Of a stretch of 64,000 bases of DNA, positions 42,902 to 52,084 are shown piece after piece (the first letter of the stretch is position 1; every line of letters begins with the position of its first letter). Position numbers and translations under genes: made by a program. The stretch is from Candidatus Multivoradales bacterium. GTDB lineage: Bacteria; Acidobacteriota; Thermoanaerobaculia; Multivoradales; JAHEKO01. The notes under the pieces were generated by a model. The model had not been told where the DNA came from. It made no database searches and saw only the letters and a program-made list of their open reading frames with translations. The DNA lies in contig CBDCVR010000014.1 in assembly GCA_965223155.1 (NCBI GenBank), forward strand, positions 1,248,001 through 1,312,000. Direction: 5' to 3'.

Positions 42902-45900
42902 CTAACTGACCGCGGCCTCGTCGTCGATGTCGGTGGCCAGGGCGTGGAGGACTCTCTCGTGCTCGCGGACCAACTCGACGAGAAGGTCGGCGACGTTCGG
43001 TGCCGTACCGGCGCCGTCTTCGATCTCGGTACAGATCTCGGCCAGGCGGCTGGCGCCGATCATGGCGCTCGAGGATCGGAACTTGTGCGCCAGGTAGGTC
43101 AACTGCTCGTGGTCACCGGCCGAGGCCGCCGATCCCATCAATTCGACCTGCTCGCCCGACGTCGTCCGGTAAAGGCGCAGGATCCGCAGCGCGCCTTCCT
43201 TGGACAGCGGATCCCAGAGGTAGCGCTTCTGCTCCTCGAGATTGATCGGCGAGTCCGCATCCGGGGAGACCCCTGCCTCGGCCCCGGAGGGCACGAGCTT
43301 GAGGCCCGAGAACCGGTTCTCCGGGCTCACCTTGGCAGGCATCGGCTGCACCTCCTTGCGAACCGCCGGCAGCCAGCGACGCAGAACGGCGAAGAGCTGA
43401 TCCTGGCTGAAGGGCTTGCTTAGGTAGTCGTCCATACCGGCGGCAAGACACTTCTCGCGCTCGCCCGCCAGCGCGTGGGCGGTCATCGCGACGATCGGGA
43501 CCCGGAGCGTCTCGGGCCTCGAGCGAATCTCGTTGGTGGCCGTGTACCCGTCCATGTGTGGCATCTGGCAGTCCATCAGAATGAGGTCGAAGCTCTGGGC
43601 GTCTAACGCTCTCAAGGCTTCGATGCCATTGCTCGCGACTTCCACGGTGCCACCCAGGCCTTCGAGCATTCCGCAGACTACGTCCTGGTTGATCTCATTG
43701 TCCTCGACCAAGAGCACCCGCCGCTCGTGGAGATTGGGCGGCGACGCCGCGGCAACCCGGGCCAGGGCCTCGTCGGTGCGCATCCGGGAAGTGCTGGCCT
43801 GGCGCTCGAGGCGCACCTCGAACCAGAAGGTTGAACCCTCGTTCCAAGTACTATCGACGCCGATCTCGCCGCCCATCATCTCGACGAACGCCCTGGAGAT
43901 CGCCAAGCCCAAGCCGGTACCGCCGAACCGGCGCGTGGTCGAGCCGTCGGCTTGCTGGAAGGTGTCGAAGATCACCTCGCTTTCCTCGGAGCTGATGCCG
44001 ATGCCGGTATCGCGCACCTCGAAGCGGAGCTTGACGTCGGCCTCGGTTGATTCCACCGGTTCGACTTCGAGCGAGACGAATCCTGAATCGGTGAACTTGA
44101 CTGCGTTACCGACCAGGTTGATCAAGATCTGGCGCAGCCGGGTAGGGTCTCCGACGAGCTTCCTCGGGCAGCGCTGGAGCGCGGAGGAGCGCAAGACGAG
44201 CCCCTTGCGCCCGGCCTGCTCGTCAAAGAGGCCTAGCACCTCGTCCAGGACTCCCTGGAGGTCGAAGGCCACCTCCTCCAACTCCAACTTGCCGGCCTCG
44301 ATCTTGGAGAAGTCCAGGATCTCGTTCAGGATCCCGAGCAGGTTGCCGGCCGAATCCCGCGCCTTCTCCGCGCAGGCCGCCTGGCCGGCGGACAGGTCGC
44401 TATTCATCAGGAGCTCGAGCATGCCCAGCACTCCGTTCATCGGCGTGCGAATCTCGTGGCTCATATTGGCCAGGAACTGGGACTTGGCTCGCGAGGCGCT
44501 CTCGGCGTGCTCTTTTTCTTTTTGGAGGCGAATCATGTCGGTGACGTCGGTGCCCGAGCTGAGGGTTCCGGCCGCCCTGCCGTCGTCGCCGCTCAGATAC
44601 GTCGTTTGCCAGGAAATGACCCGCTCGTCTCCGCCCCGCGTACGCACTCGGTACTCGGAGGAACGCGGCGCTTTGGCACCCACCAGGCTCCGTCGCACGA
44701 CCTCCGGCTCACAGACGAAGGACTCGAACCAGTTGCGGCCGATGAGATCCGCCTCCTCATAGCCAAGGAGCTGGCAGCCCTTGCGGTTGACGAGAACGAT
44801 CTGCCCGTCCACGTCCAGCACCAACATGATGACCTCGGCCACCTGAAAGTAGTTCTGCGCCTTGGTCTTCTCACGAAAGAGCGCTTGCTCCTTGGCGACG
44901 CGGCGCTGGATCTCATCCTCCAGGGCGGTATTGGCCGCCGCCAGCTCGCGGGTTCGCTGCCGCTTTCGAAGCTGACCGCGCAGGTAGTACGCGGCCCCCA
45001 GCAGCACCGCGATCGAATAGCCGACAAACGCCCACCAGGTAGCCCATGGCGGTGCCAGCGCTCGCAATTTGAGGGTCAGTCCTTCCCGGTTCCAGACCCC
45101 GTCGTTGTTGGAGGCCTGGACGCGAAACGTGTACTCGCCCGAGTCTAGATTGGTGTAGGTCGCCCGGCGCCGATTGCCCAGGTCAACCCAGTCCTTGTCG
45201 AAGCCTTCCAACTTGTAGCGGTACCGGTTGCGCTCGGGCGCGGTGTAGTCGAGGGCCGCGAAATCGAACGTCACCATCGAGTCGGTATGTTCCAGAACCA
45301 GCTCCTCGAGCTGGGTCACCGGACGATCGAAGATCGCCTCCTCGTTGAGCTTCAGAACCCGGGTCAGAAACACCGGCGGTGCGTGCGGATTGGTTCGAAT
45401 CTGGTTGGGATCGAAGACGTTGAATCCGTTGAGCCCGCCAAAGAACATGGTGCCGTCGCGAGCGCGCAACGCGGCGGCGAAGTTGAACTCCTCGCTCTGC
45501 AGGCCGTGGCTGGTGTTGTAGTTGCGAAACGTGCCGGTGGCGGGATCCAGAACCGCAAGGCCTCGATTGGTACTGAACCAGAGTTGGCCGTCGTCATCCA
45601 GCAGCGACCCATAGACCGTGTGGCTGGAGAGCCCGTCCCGAGGAAGGTACCGGGAGAAGACCGTCCGGCGCGCGCGGCGATCGCTCGCCGCCCACCGGTT
45701 GAGCCCACCCCCCTGGGTGCCGATCCAGAGGTCGCCCACGGCGTCCTCGACGATGGTCCAGGCATGCTGCGAGCTCAGGCTGAAAGGATCCTCGGGATCG
45801 TAGGTGAAGTGATCGAAAGTCCCCCGGTCCCGGTCCATGCGGTTCAAGCCGCCGCCGTCGGTGCCGATCCAGAGCATGCCGTTAGCGTCCTCGTAGATCG

Positions 45901-47470
45901 CGACCACCCGATCGCTGGACAGGCTGGCCCCGTCCTCGCCGTCATGGCGATAGGCCGAGAACGACTCACCGTCGGCACTCAATTGATTGAGACCGCCGCG
46001 ATAGGTGCCGACCCAAATCTGGCCGTGAGAGTCCTCGAAAATCGCGGTCACGCCATCGAAGCTGAGGCTCGTGGGGTCAGACGGATCGTGGCGAAAGTTC
46101 CGGAAGTGGCCGGTGGCGAGATCGAGCATGTCCAGACCGGAGGCGACCGTGCCAATCCAGACCCGGTCCTGCGTGTCGACGTAAACGGAAGCGACGCGGT
46201 TATCGCTCGGCCCCCCCCTCACGTTGGACGGATCGTGCCGATAGCGGCGAAAGCGGCCCGTCCCGCGATCGAACACGTTCAGGCCGTCGACGGTGCCGAT
46301 CCAGATCCGGCCGGCCGAATCCTCACTGAACGAAGTCACGTAGTTATGGCTTAGCCGGGCCGGATCATCGGGCTTGGCGGTGAAATGGGGAAACGTCCCA
46401 CTCAACGGGTTCCACTTGTTGAGCCCGTCGTCGGTACCCACCCAAACGACGCCGCCCCGATCCTGGAACAGGGACTTGATGCGATCGTGGCCGAGGCTGT
46501 AGGGATCCGCTGGATCGTGGCGATAGACCCGGAAGTCCCTGCTCGCCGGATCCCAGGCTCCAAGTCCGGTGTCCGTGCCGACCAGGAGCAGGCCGGCGCT
46601 GTCTTGAAAGATTGCGTTGACGGCCCCAGGGGGCAGGTTCGATCCGGCCGAATCGAAGCGCTCGAAGGTCCCGGTCGCGCGATCGAACCGGTTCAGCCCC
46701 TTGTCGGCCGTACCGATCCAGAGATCGCCGTTGCCGTCTTCGAAGAGCTGTACCAGCCGGTCGCTCGACAAACTCGCCGGATCGGCTGGATCGTGCCGGT
46801 ACTGCGTGAACAGGCGGGCACCCACGTTCAGGACGTTGAGGCCGCCGCCGTCGGTCGCGACCCAGACGCGCCCGGCGCCATCCTGATGGAGATCGCGAAC
46901 ATGCCCGTGGCTCAAGCCGGATGCGTCATCGGCTATCGCAGGAAAACGGTCGGCCTGACCCGTCTCCCGATCGAAACGGTTGAGCCCACCGCCATCGGTG
47001 CCGATCCAGAAGTCTCCAGCCCGATCCTGGAGGATGACCCGAATGCGGTTGCTGCTGAGGCTTTGCGGATCGTCGGCGTCGTGCCGAAAATGCCGGAAAC
47101 TGCCGTCGACCGGATTCAAGCGGTCGAGGCCGCCGGTGTCAGTGCCGATCCAGAGAAAACCGTCTTCGTCCTCCACGATGGCTCGAACACTATTGTGGGA
47201 CAGGGTCGCCGGATCGGCCGGATCGTGGCGGAAGAGCTTGAACTCATAGCCGTCGAAACGATTGAGGCCCTCCTGGGTGCCGAACCAGAGGAAGCCGTCC
47301 CGGTCCTGGGCGATGACGTTGACTGCCGCTTGCGACAAGCCCTCTTCGAGCGAGACTCTCTGAAACCGCGTCTTGGTCTCGCGCGTGTTGCCAGACACAG
47401 GCAAGGCGGCCATCACCAGGATGGCCGCCAAACCCTTGAAAACGCGAAACTGAAACGACCGAAACATCAC
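42902..47470 (-). CDS. Hybrid sensor histidine kinase: periplasmic beta-propellers, Y_Y_Y, TM, PAS, HisKA, HATPase, REC, HPt
   Basis: Repeated D..G.(L/I)W(I/V)GT..GL blades, YRYKLEGFD, PPW.TWW, FLANMSHEIRTPMNG, NLVGNAVKFT, GGTGLGL, LMDCQMP, AHKFRSSS. Confidence 0.93.
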   Translation of the reverse strand: MMFRSFQFRVFKGLAAILVMAALPVSGNTRETKTRFQRVSLEEGLSQAAVNVIAQDRDGFLWFGTQEGLNRFDGYEFKLFRHDPADPATLSHNSVRAIVEDEDGFLWIGTDTGGLDRLNPVDGSFRHFRHDADDPQSLSSNRIRVILQDRAGDFWIGTDGGGLNRFDRETGQADRFPAIADDASGLSHGHVRDLHQDGAGRVWVATDGGGLNVLNVGARLFTQYRHDPADPASLSSDRLVQLFEDGNGDLWIGTADKGLNRFDRATGTFERFDSAGSNLPPGAVNAIFQDSAGLLLVGTDTGLGAWDPASRDFRVYRHDPADPYSLGHDRIKSLFQDRGGVVWVGTDDGLNKWNPLSGTFPHFTAKPDDPARLSHNYVTSFSEDSAGRIWIGTVDGLNVFDRGTGRFRRYRHDPSNVRGGPSDNRVASVYVDTQDRVWIGTVASGLDMLDLATGHFRNFRHDPSDPTSLSFDGVTAIFEDSHGQIWVGTYRGGLNQLSADGESFSAYRHDGEDGASLSSDRVVAIYEDANGMLWIGTDGGGLNRMDRDRGTFDHFTYDPEDPFSLSSQHAWTIVEDAVGDLWIGTQGGGLNRWAASDRRARRTVFSRYLPRDGLSSHTVYGSLLDDDGQLWFSTNRGLAVLDPATGTFRNYNTSHGLQSEEFNFAAALRARDGTMFFGGLNGFNVFDPNQIRTNPHAPPVFLTRVLKLNEEAIFDRPVTQLEELVLEHTDSMVTFDFAALDYTAPERNRYRYKLEGFDKDWVDLGNRRRATYTNLDSGEYTFRVQASNNDGVWNREGLTLKLRALAPPWATWWAFVGYSIAVLLGAAYYLRGQLRKRQRTRELAAANTALEDEIQRRVAKEQALFREKTKAQNYFQVAEVIMLVLDVDGQIVLVNRKGCQLLGYEEADLIGRNWFESFVCEPEVVRRSLVGAKAPRSSEYRVRTRGGDERVISWQTTYLSGDDGRAAGTLSSGTDVTDMIRLQKEKEHAESASRAKSQFLANMSHEIRTPMNGVLGMLELLMNSDLSAGQAACAEKARDSAGNLLGILNEILDFSKIEAGKLELEEVAFDLQGVLDEVLGLFDEQAGRKGLVLRSSALQRCPRKLVGDPTRLRQILINLVGNAVKFTDSGFVSLEVEPVESTEADVKLRFEVRDTGIGISSEESEVIFDTFQQADGSTTRRFGGTGLGLAISRAFVEMMGGEIGVDSTWNEGSTFWFEVRLERQASTSRMRTDEALARVAAASPPNLHERRVLLVEDNEINQDVVCGMLEGLGGTVEVASNGIEALRALDAQSFDLILMDCQMPHMDGYTATNEIRSRPETLRVPIVAMTAHALAGEREKCLAAGMDDYLSKPFSQDQLFAVLRRWLPAVRKEVQPMPAKVSPENRFSGLKLVPSGAEAGVSPDADSPINLEEQKRYLWDPLSKEGALRILRLYRTTSGEQVELMGSAASAGDHEQLTYLAHKFRSSSAMIGASRLAEICTEIEDGAGTAPNVADLLVELVREHERVLHALATDIDDEAAVS

Positions 47471-47492
47471 CGAAACATACTAGTGGCTCAAC

Positions 47493-49172
47493 TCAGTCGT
47501 CGTTGAGGAACATGTCACTAGCAGACTGGATGTAGAGCGGGTCGCCATTGGGAACCGCATCCGACCAGAGGAAGCCGTCGCTCCACAGGAAGCCGTCACT
47601 CCACAGGAAGCCGTCGCTCCACAGGAAGCCGTCACTCCACAGGAAACCGTCGCTCCACAGAAAGCCATCGCTCCACAGGAAGCCGTCGCTCCAGAGGAAG
47701 CCCGCGGCCCACTGGTCGCCGTCCCAGAGCTCCGCCGTGTCCTCGATGAGGATCGCGTTGTCGCCCTCGACTCGCCTCAGCCGTGGCGACCAGGCGCGGG
47801 AGGCCGAGTCACTCGAATCGAAAAGCGCGGCCTGAATATTCAAGACGCCAGCTCCCGCCGCAACCGGACTCCAGTCGACCTTGCGCGCCGTTCGCATGAG
47901 CCGAGCCTTGATCGTGTCCGGATCCAACGAAGGGTCGTCCGCGATCATCATCGCAACCGCACCCGAGACTACGGCCGCCGCCATGCTGGTGCCACTGAGT
48001 TCGAAGTACTGACCGCTGCAATTCGAGCTGCCGCAGCTTCGAAGCCGCTCCGGCATCTCTTCGACCATGCGAGACTGGTAGGAGATCGGCGCAATGAACC
48101 GGTTTCCAGGGGCCAAGAGATCGGGCTTCAGGAAATGATCGAATGCGGTTGGTCCCTGGGACGAATAGGTCGAAACATAGTCGTCCCAGAAATAGTTGGT
48201 GCCGTTATCGGTCACCGATCCGACCGTGATGACGCTACGTGAATTGCCAGGGCTGGTGACGGTGAACCGGCCATCGCGGCCGTAATTGCCCGCCGAGCAC
48301 ACCACCACCATTCCTTGATCCCAAACCTTCTCGACCGCCTCGACCAAAGGATCGCGTCTGGCTTCGGCTTGGACTCCCATACCTATCGACATGTTGACGA
48401 CCCGGACATCAAAGGACGAACCACGATCCAGGAGCCAGTCGAGAGCCGCCAGCACGTCCGAAGTCACGCCCCGTCCGTGGGAATCGAGCGCCCGAAGCGA
48501 GAGCACTCGGGCGTACGGTGCGATGCCACGGTACTGTCCCTTCGAATCGTATCCGTCTCCACCGATGATCCCGGCAACATGGGTACCGTGACCGTAGGGA
48601 TCGTAAAGTCCGGTACCCGAGCTGTTGTCCGAGCACTCATCATCGTCGCAACGACCGCCGACGAAGTCGAACTGAATCGGACTAGGCCAGATGTCAACGT
48701 GAGAGCCCACGCCGGAATCGATGACAGCAACGGTAGGCGTGCCTGCCGTATTGTTGAAGTTCGGCGCAGTAGTCGCATGCGGATGACGCGCGGTTTGCCG
48801 AGCCGACACCGAGCTTGCCTCGACGGTTTCGTCCACGGCAACGTACTCGATCCTCGGATGGTCCACGAGAGACCGGAGGCGAGCCTCGGGAACGCGAACC
48901 GCGCGCATCGAGAAGTTCTTGTACTTGCGCAGAATCTCGACGCCGCTCGCCTCGAGCTCCTGGTCGTCAGCCAGCCCCGGGGGCGTGGTGAACTTCAAGA
49001 TCACGTCGACTTTGGTCTCCCGACCAGGCGCCTCGGCCTGGCCCCGCGCTTCGGCGGCGGGACTGACGAGCAGCGCGGCCGCCATGGCCAGCAACAGCGT
49101 TGCCGTCGCTACCGAGGGTGCCGGTACCAGGTTCCAAAGAACATCATGCAGAAAGGAAGGTCGCGACATCAT
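47493..49172 (-). CDS. Secreted S8 subtilisin-like peptidase with C-terminal (GFLWSD)8
   Basis: AGGAG RBS; signal peptide and propeptide; catalytic triad VIDSG / HGTHVAG / GTSMAA; SAGN. Confidence 0.9.
   Translation of the reverse strand: MMSRPSFLHDVLWNLVPAPSVATATLLLAMAAALLVSPAAEARGQAEAPGRETKVDVILKFTTPPGLADDQELEASGVEILRKYKNFSMRAVRVPEARLRSLVDHPRIEYVAVDETVEASSVSARQTARHPHATTAPNFNNTAGTPTVAVIDSGVGSHVDIWPSPIQFDFVGGRCDDDECSDNSSGTGLYDPYGHGTHVAGIIGGDGYDSKGQYRGIAPYARVLSLRALDSHGRGVTSDVLAALDWLLDRGSSFDVRVVNMSIGMGVQAEARRDPLVEAVEKVWDQGMVVVCSAGNYGRDGRFTVTSPGNSRSVITVGSVTDNGTNYFWDDYVSTYSSQGPTAFDHFLKPDLLAPGNRFIAPISYQSRMVEEMPERLRSCGSSNCSGQYFELSGTSMAAAVVSGAVAMMIADDPSLDPDTIKARLMRTARKVDWSPVAAGAGVLNIQAALFDSSDSASRAWSPRLRRVEGDNAILIEDTAELWDGDQWAAGFLWSDGFLWSDGFLWSDGFLWSDGFLWSDGFLWSDGFLWSDGFLWSDAVPNGDPLYIQSASDMFLNDD
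47559..47702 (-). repeat. 18-bp coding tandem repeat x8 (GFLWSD)
   Basis: Eight contiguous units that differ only at synonymous positions. Confidence 0.95.
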
Positions 49173-49174
49173 TC

Positions 49175-51001
49175 TTACTCCTGATCGACCCATTTGTTGG
49201 TTCGCACCGCGTCGGTCGCGGCGAAGGTATCGGTCCAAAGAAAGCCGTCGGTCCACAAGAAACCGTCGGTCCAGAGAAAGCCATCGGTCCAGAGAAAGCC
49301 GTCGGTCCACAAAAAACCGTCGGTCCAGAGAAAGCCATCGGCAAACGCCGCGGCATCGGTCCAAAGAAAGCCGTCGGTCGACGGCGAGGTGTCCGTCCAG
49401 AGGAACCCGTCCAGGCCTTCCAAGTAGTACGTCCCGTCCTCGGTCACCCGAGCCCGGCCGACGTAGTGCTCGACCCCGGCCAGATCCCGGTCAATGTCCA
49501 GGCCCTGGTTGGCGCAGAGACAGTCGTCCTTGGCCTTGAAGCGCTGCTCGACCGCCTCGTAGGCGTCAATGAGTCCCGCGCCTTGCTGAAAGACGCTGGC
49601 CGCGAGCTCACCCGTCTCGGTCAGCGCAGGACGCGCGGTCGCCATCAGGCGAAACTTGACTTCATCGGGAGTCAGAGAAGGGTGCTCTTCCAAAACGAGC
49701 GCCACGACACCGCTGACCACGGCGGCAGATTGGGAGGTGCCGGACATCATGAAGTAGAGGCCACCGTTGTGGAACTCGGGATGCTCGTTCGCCAACGTCG
49801 AGAACACGCTCATCAGTGAAACGATGTGACCTCCGGGCGCCAAGACGTCGGGTTTGACAAAGCCCTCGGCCGTCGGTCCGGCGGCCGAGAAGTAGGTCAG
49901 CCGATCGTCGGTCCGGTCCGCGGGGGTGAAGTTGTCGGTCATGGCCCCCACCGTGATGACGTAGGGCACGTTGCCCGGTACGCCGATCGTCATGGCGTCC
50001 GGGCCCCCATTCCCCGCTGAAGCCACCACCACGATGCCCGCACGCCAGGCCTCCATGACGGCCTGGTTGAGCGGATCGTCCCAGTAGTGGGAGCGCGCGG
50101 GGGCGCTGAAGGACAGATTCAGGACCCGAATGCCGTAGGCGTCGCGATTGCGCACGATCCAGTCGATGCCCCGGATGACGTCGGCATAGCTGCCCAGGCC
50201 CTCAGCATCGAAGGCCTTCACCACGACCAGATCGGCGTCTGGCGCGATGCCGTTGTAGCCACGTCCATCGTCGCTTATCCGGCTGTTGACTGCGACCGAC
50301 GCGACGTGTCCGCCATGACCGAACTGGTCGGTTCCGAAAACCGAGGTACCGTGATCGGTGTCGCTGATCGCGTCGTAGTGTCCTAGAAGCCGAGTCTGCC
50401 CGTCCGAGTCCAGGTAGACGCCCGAATGGGAGGCGAACCCTGAATCCAGAACTGCGATCGTCACCCCGCGCCCTGTTGCCGCGCGCTCATGCACCCGATC
50501 CGCCTCGACTCGCTCCGGAAACTCCACGTAGGGATCGAGGTGCGATTCGAAGAGGGCTCTCCATGCGCTGTAGGAGCTGGTCCCCTCTTCCCCACCTGTA
50601 GACGTTGTGGTCGTCTCTTCGCTGGATTCCCCGGCCGTTGCCGATTCAATGTCCTCTGAAGTGCTACTACTTGCCTCACCTGAGGTCCGAGAGCTCCTCG
50701 TCTTCTTGGCGCTCGAGACCGTCGAGTCCTCGTAAACCCGGATGCCGGAACGGGTCTCGAGGTGATCGCGTTGGGCGGCGGTCAGATGGGCGCCGACCGC
50801 CCGGATCACGGTCAGCCGGTGGGTGACCGAGCCCCCCACGGCTTCCACCGCCTCGGCGGCCAGGTCGACGTTCTTCGCCTGGACGATGTAGGACTTCTTG
50901 GCCGAGGCATCTTCGGCCTCGGCTCGCATCGCCAGAGCAGGCACCAGCAGGAGGGCGCCGATCCAGGCGAGGACGAGAGATTGCACACGAGTTCGATTCA
51001 C
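49175..51001 (-). CDS. Secreted S8 subtilisin-like peptidase with eight C-terminal GFLWTD units
   Basis: Signal peptide and propeptide; catalytic triad VLDSG / HGGHVAS / GTSQSA; SAGN. The GTG start at 51001 is chosen because the longer ORF would span the sigma54 motif. Confidence 0.9.
   Translation of the reverse strand: MNRTRVQSLVLAWIGALLLVPALAMRAEAEDASAKKSYIVQAKNVDLAAEAVEAVGGSVTHRLTVIRAVGAHLTAAQRDHLETRSGIRVYEDSTVSSAKKTRSSRTSGEASSSTSEDIESATAGESSEETTTTSTGGEEGTSSYSAWRALFESHLDPYVEFPERVEADRVHERAATGRGVTIAVLDSGFASHSGVYLDSDGQTRLLGHYDAISDTDHGTSVFGTDQFGHGGHVASVAVNSRISDDGRGYNGIAPDADLVVVKAFDAEGLGSYADVIRGIDWIVRNRDAYGIRVLNLSFSAPARSHYWDDPLNQAVMEAWRAGIVVVASAGNGGPDAMTIGVPGNVPYVITVGAMTDNFTPADRTDDRLTYFSAAGPTAEGFVKPDVLAPGGHIVSLMSVFSTLANEHPEFHNGGLYFMMSGTSQSAAVVSGVVALVLEEHPSLTPDEVKFRLMATARPALTETGELAASVFQQGAGLIDAYEAVEQRFKAKDDCLCANQGLDIDRDLAGVEHYVGRARVTEDGTYYLEGLDGFLWTDTSPSTDGFLWTDAAAFADGFLWTDGFLWTDGFLWTDGFLWTDGFLWTDGFLWTDTFAATDAVRTNKWVDQE
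49229..49408 (-). repeat. 18-bp-register coding repeat: 8 x GFLWTD with two in-register hexamer spacers
   Basis: GFLWTD-TSPSTD-GFLWTD-AAAFAD-(GFLWTD)6; synonymous codon variation between units. Confidence 0.95.
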
Positions 51002-51080
51002 GAATTGAATTCCTTGAGTTCTCTTGAGGACTTGTTCGATGGTTTGCTGGGCGTTTCTCCGCCGGACGCAGCCTGCTAGG

Positions 51081-51095
51081 GCAAGGGGCATGCCG
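51081..51095 (-). promoter_or_regulatory. Sigma54 (-24/-12) promoter for the subtilase-kinase operon
   Basis: Reverse complement CGGCATGCCCCTTGC = GG-N10-GC, about 80 bp upstream of the peptidase start. Confidence 0.65.
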
Positions 51096-51490
51096 TTGGC
51101 GTATTCGCATAACGCGATGTATCCCCAGAGTGGATTCACACCCGGTATCCCTTGCCATCAAGGGACTTTCTTCGGAGCACTTCGAGCAGAAACAATCGGA
51201 GCCAGATCTTGGCCGGCGGTCTTCCGGGGAGTTTTTCCCGAGCTTCCGCGGGTGGCAAGGAAATCCTCCCGGGAGCTATGGCGAGCCGGCCCCGGTCGCC
51301 GGCTCGCCACCGGCTCGGACCGTCGAGATGAATCCCCGTGGCGTGGGCGACGGCGCCGCCAAGTCCGAGAACCTCTCGCCACCCTACCCTTGAACTTCTC
51401 GCGGGCCCACCCGTTCGGGTATGGTCACCCAACGCCGTGAGCGGTTAGATGACACGGAGGGCGGCGCCGTCGCTCGAGAGGAGGTTGCGA

Positions 51491-52081
51491 ATGTCCAGTG
51501 ATCGGGAATCATCCAGGCGGAGTTTCGTCTCGCGCCTGTCCTCGGTGGCCCTCGTCGGCGGCTTGGCCAGCGCCTACGGCACGCTTGCCGCGTTCATGGG
51601 GCGCTTCGTCTATCCGGCAAGGCCCCGCCAGAGGAGCTGGATGTTTCTCTTCGACGTCGATCGGCTGGCGCTGGGCGATGCCATCGACTACCGCGCTCCG
51701 GACGGCGCCGCGGTGACCGTCGCCCGTCAGAGCGAAGGACGCGGGGAAGAGGCGTTCGTCGCGCTTTCCGGAACCTGTCCACACCTTGGCTGCCGCGTGC
51801 ACTGGGAGCCCCAGAACGATCGCTTCTTCTGTCCCTGCCACAATGGGACGTTCGACTCGGACGGCACGGCAACCGGCGGACCGCCCTTAGAGGCCGGGCA
51901 ATCCTTGCCTCGATACCCCCTCAAGGTGGAGCGTGGTCTCGTCTACATCGAGGTTCCGACCGAGTCGCTGTCCGGCCAGCAGGCCCGTAGCGCCGGCCGC
52001 ATGATCGAGCTCCGGAAGATCTCGGCCCGGCCCGGATTCGATCCCTGCCTCGCAGCCGGTAGAAGCTGCAGGAGCGCCTAG
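51491..52081 (+). CDS. Rieske [2Fe-2S] subunit of a Rieske/cytochrome b complex
   Basis: Tat motif SRRSFV plus TM; CPHLGC and CPCHNGTF. Confidence 0.92.
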   Translation: MSSDRESSRRSFVSRLSSVALVGGLASAYGTLAAFMGRFVYPARPRQRSWMFLFDVDRLALGDAIDYRAPDGAAVTVARQSEGRGEEAFVALSGTCPHLGCRVHWEPQNDRFFCPCHNGTFDSDGTATGGPPLEAGQSLPRYPLKVERGLVYIEVPTESLSGQQARSAGRMIELRKISARPGFDPCLAAGRSCRSA

Positions 52082-52084
52082 CCC

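Noticed and set aside
47480-47668. 62-aa ORF with CGATAS/CGVTAS repeats resembling a Cys/Ser/Thr-rich RiPP precursor
   Set aside because: It is a shifted frame of the GFLWSD repeat. Variation is synonymous only in the protease frame, and no modifying enzymes are nearby.
47559-49408. 18-bp repeats as a possible CRISPR array
   Set aside because: The units are too short, mostly contiguous and in-frame coding, and there are no cas genes.
51148-51405. FNR/Crp box for the nitrate operon
   Set aside because: The TTG..CAA palindrome has the wrong spacing for TTGAT-N4-ATCAA, and TTGAACTTCTCGCG lacks the second half-site.
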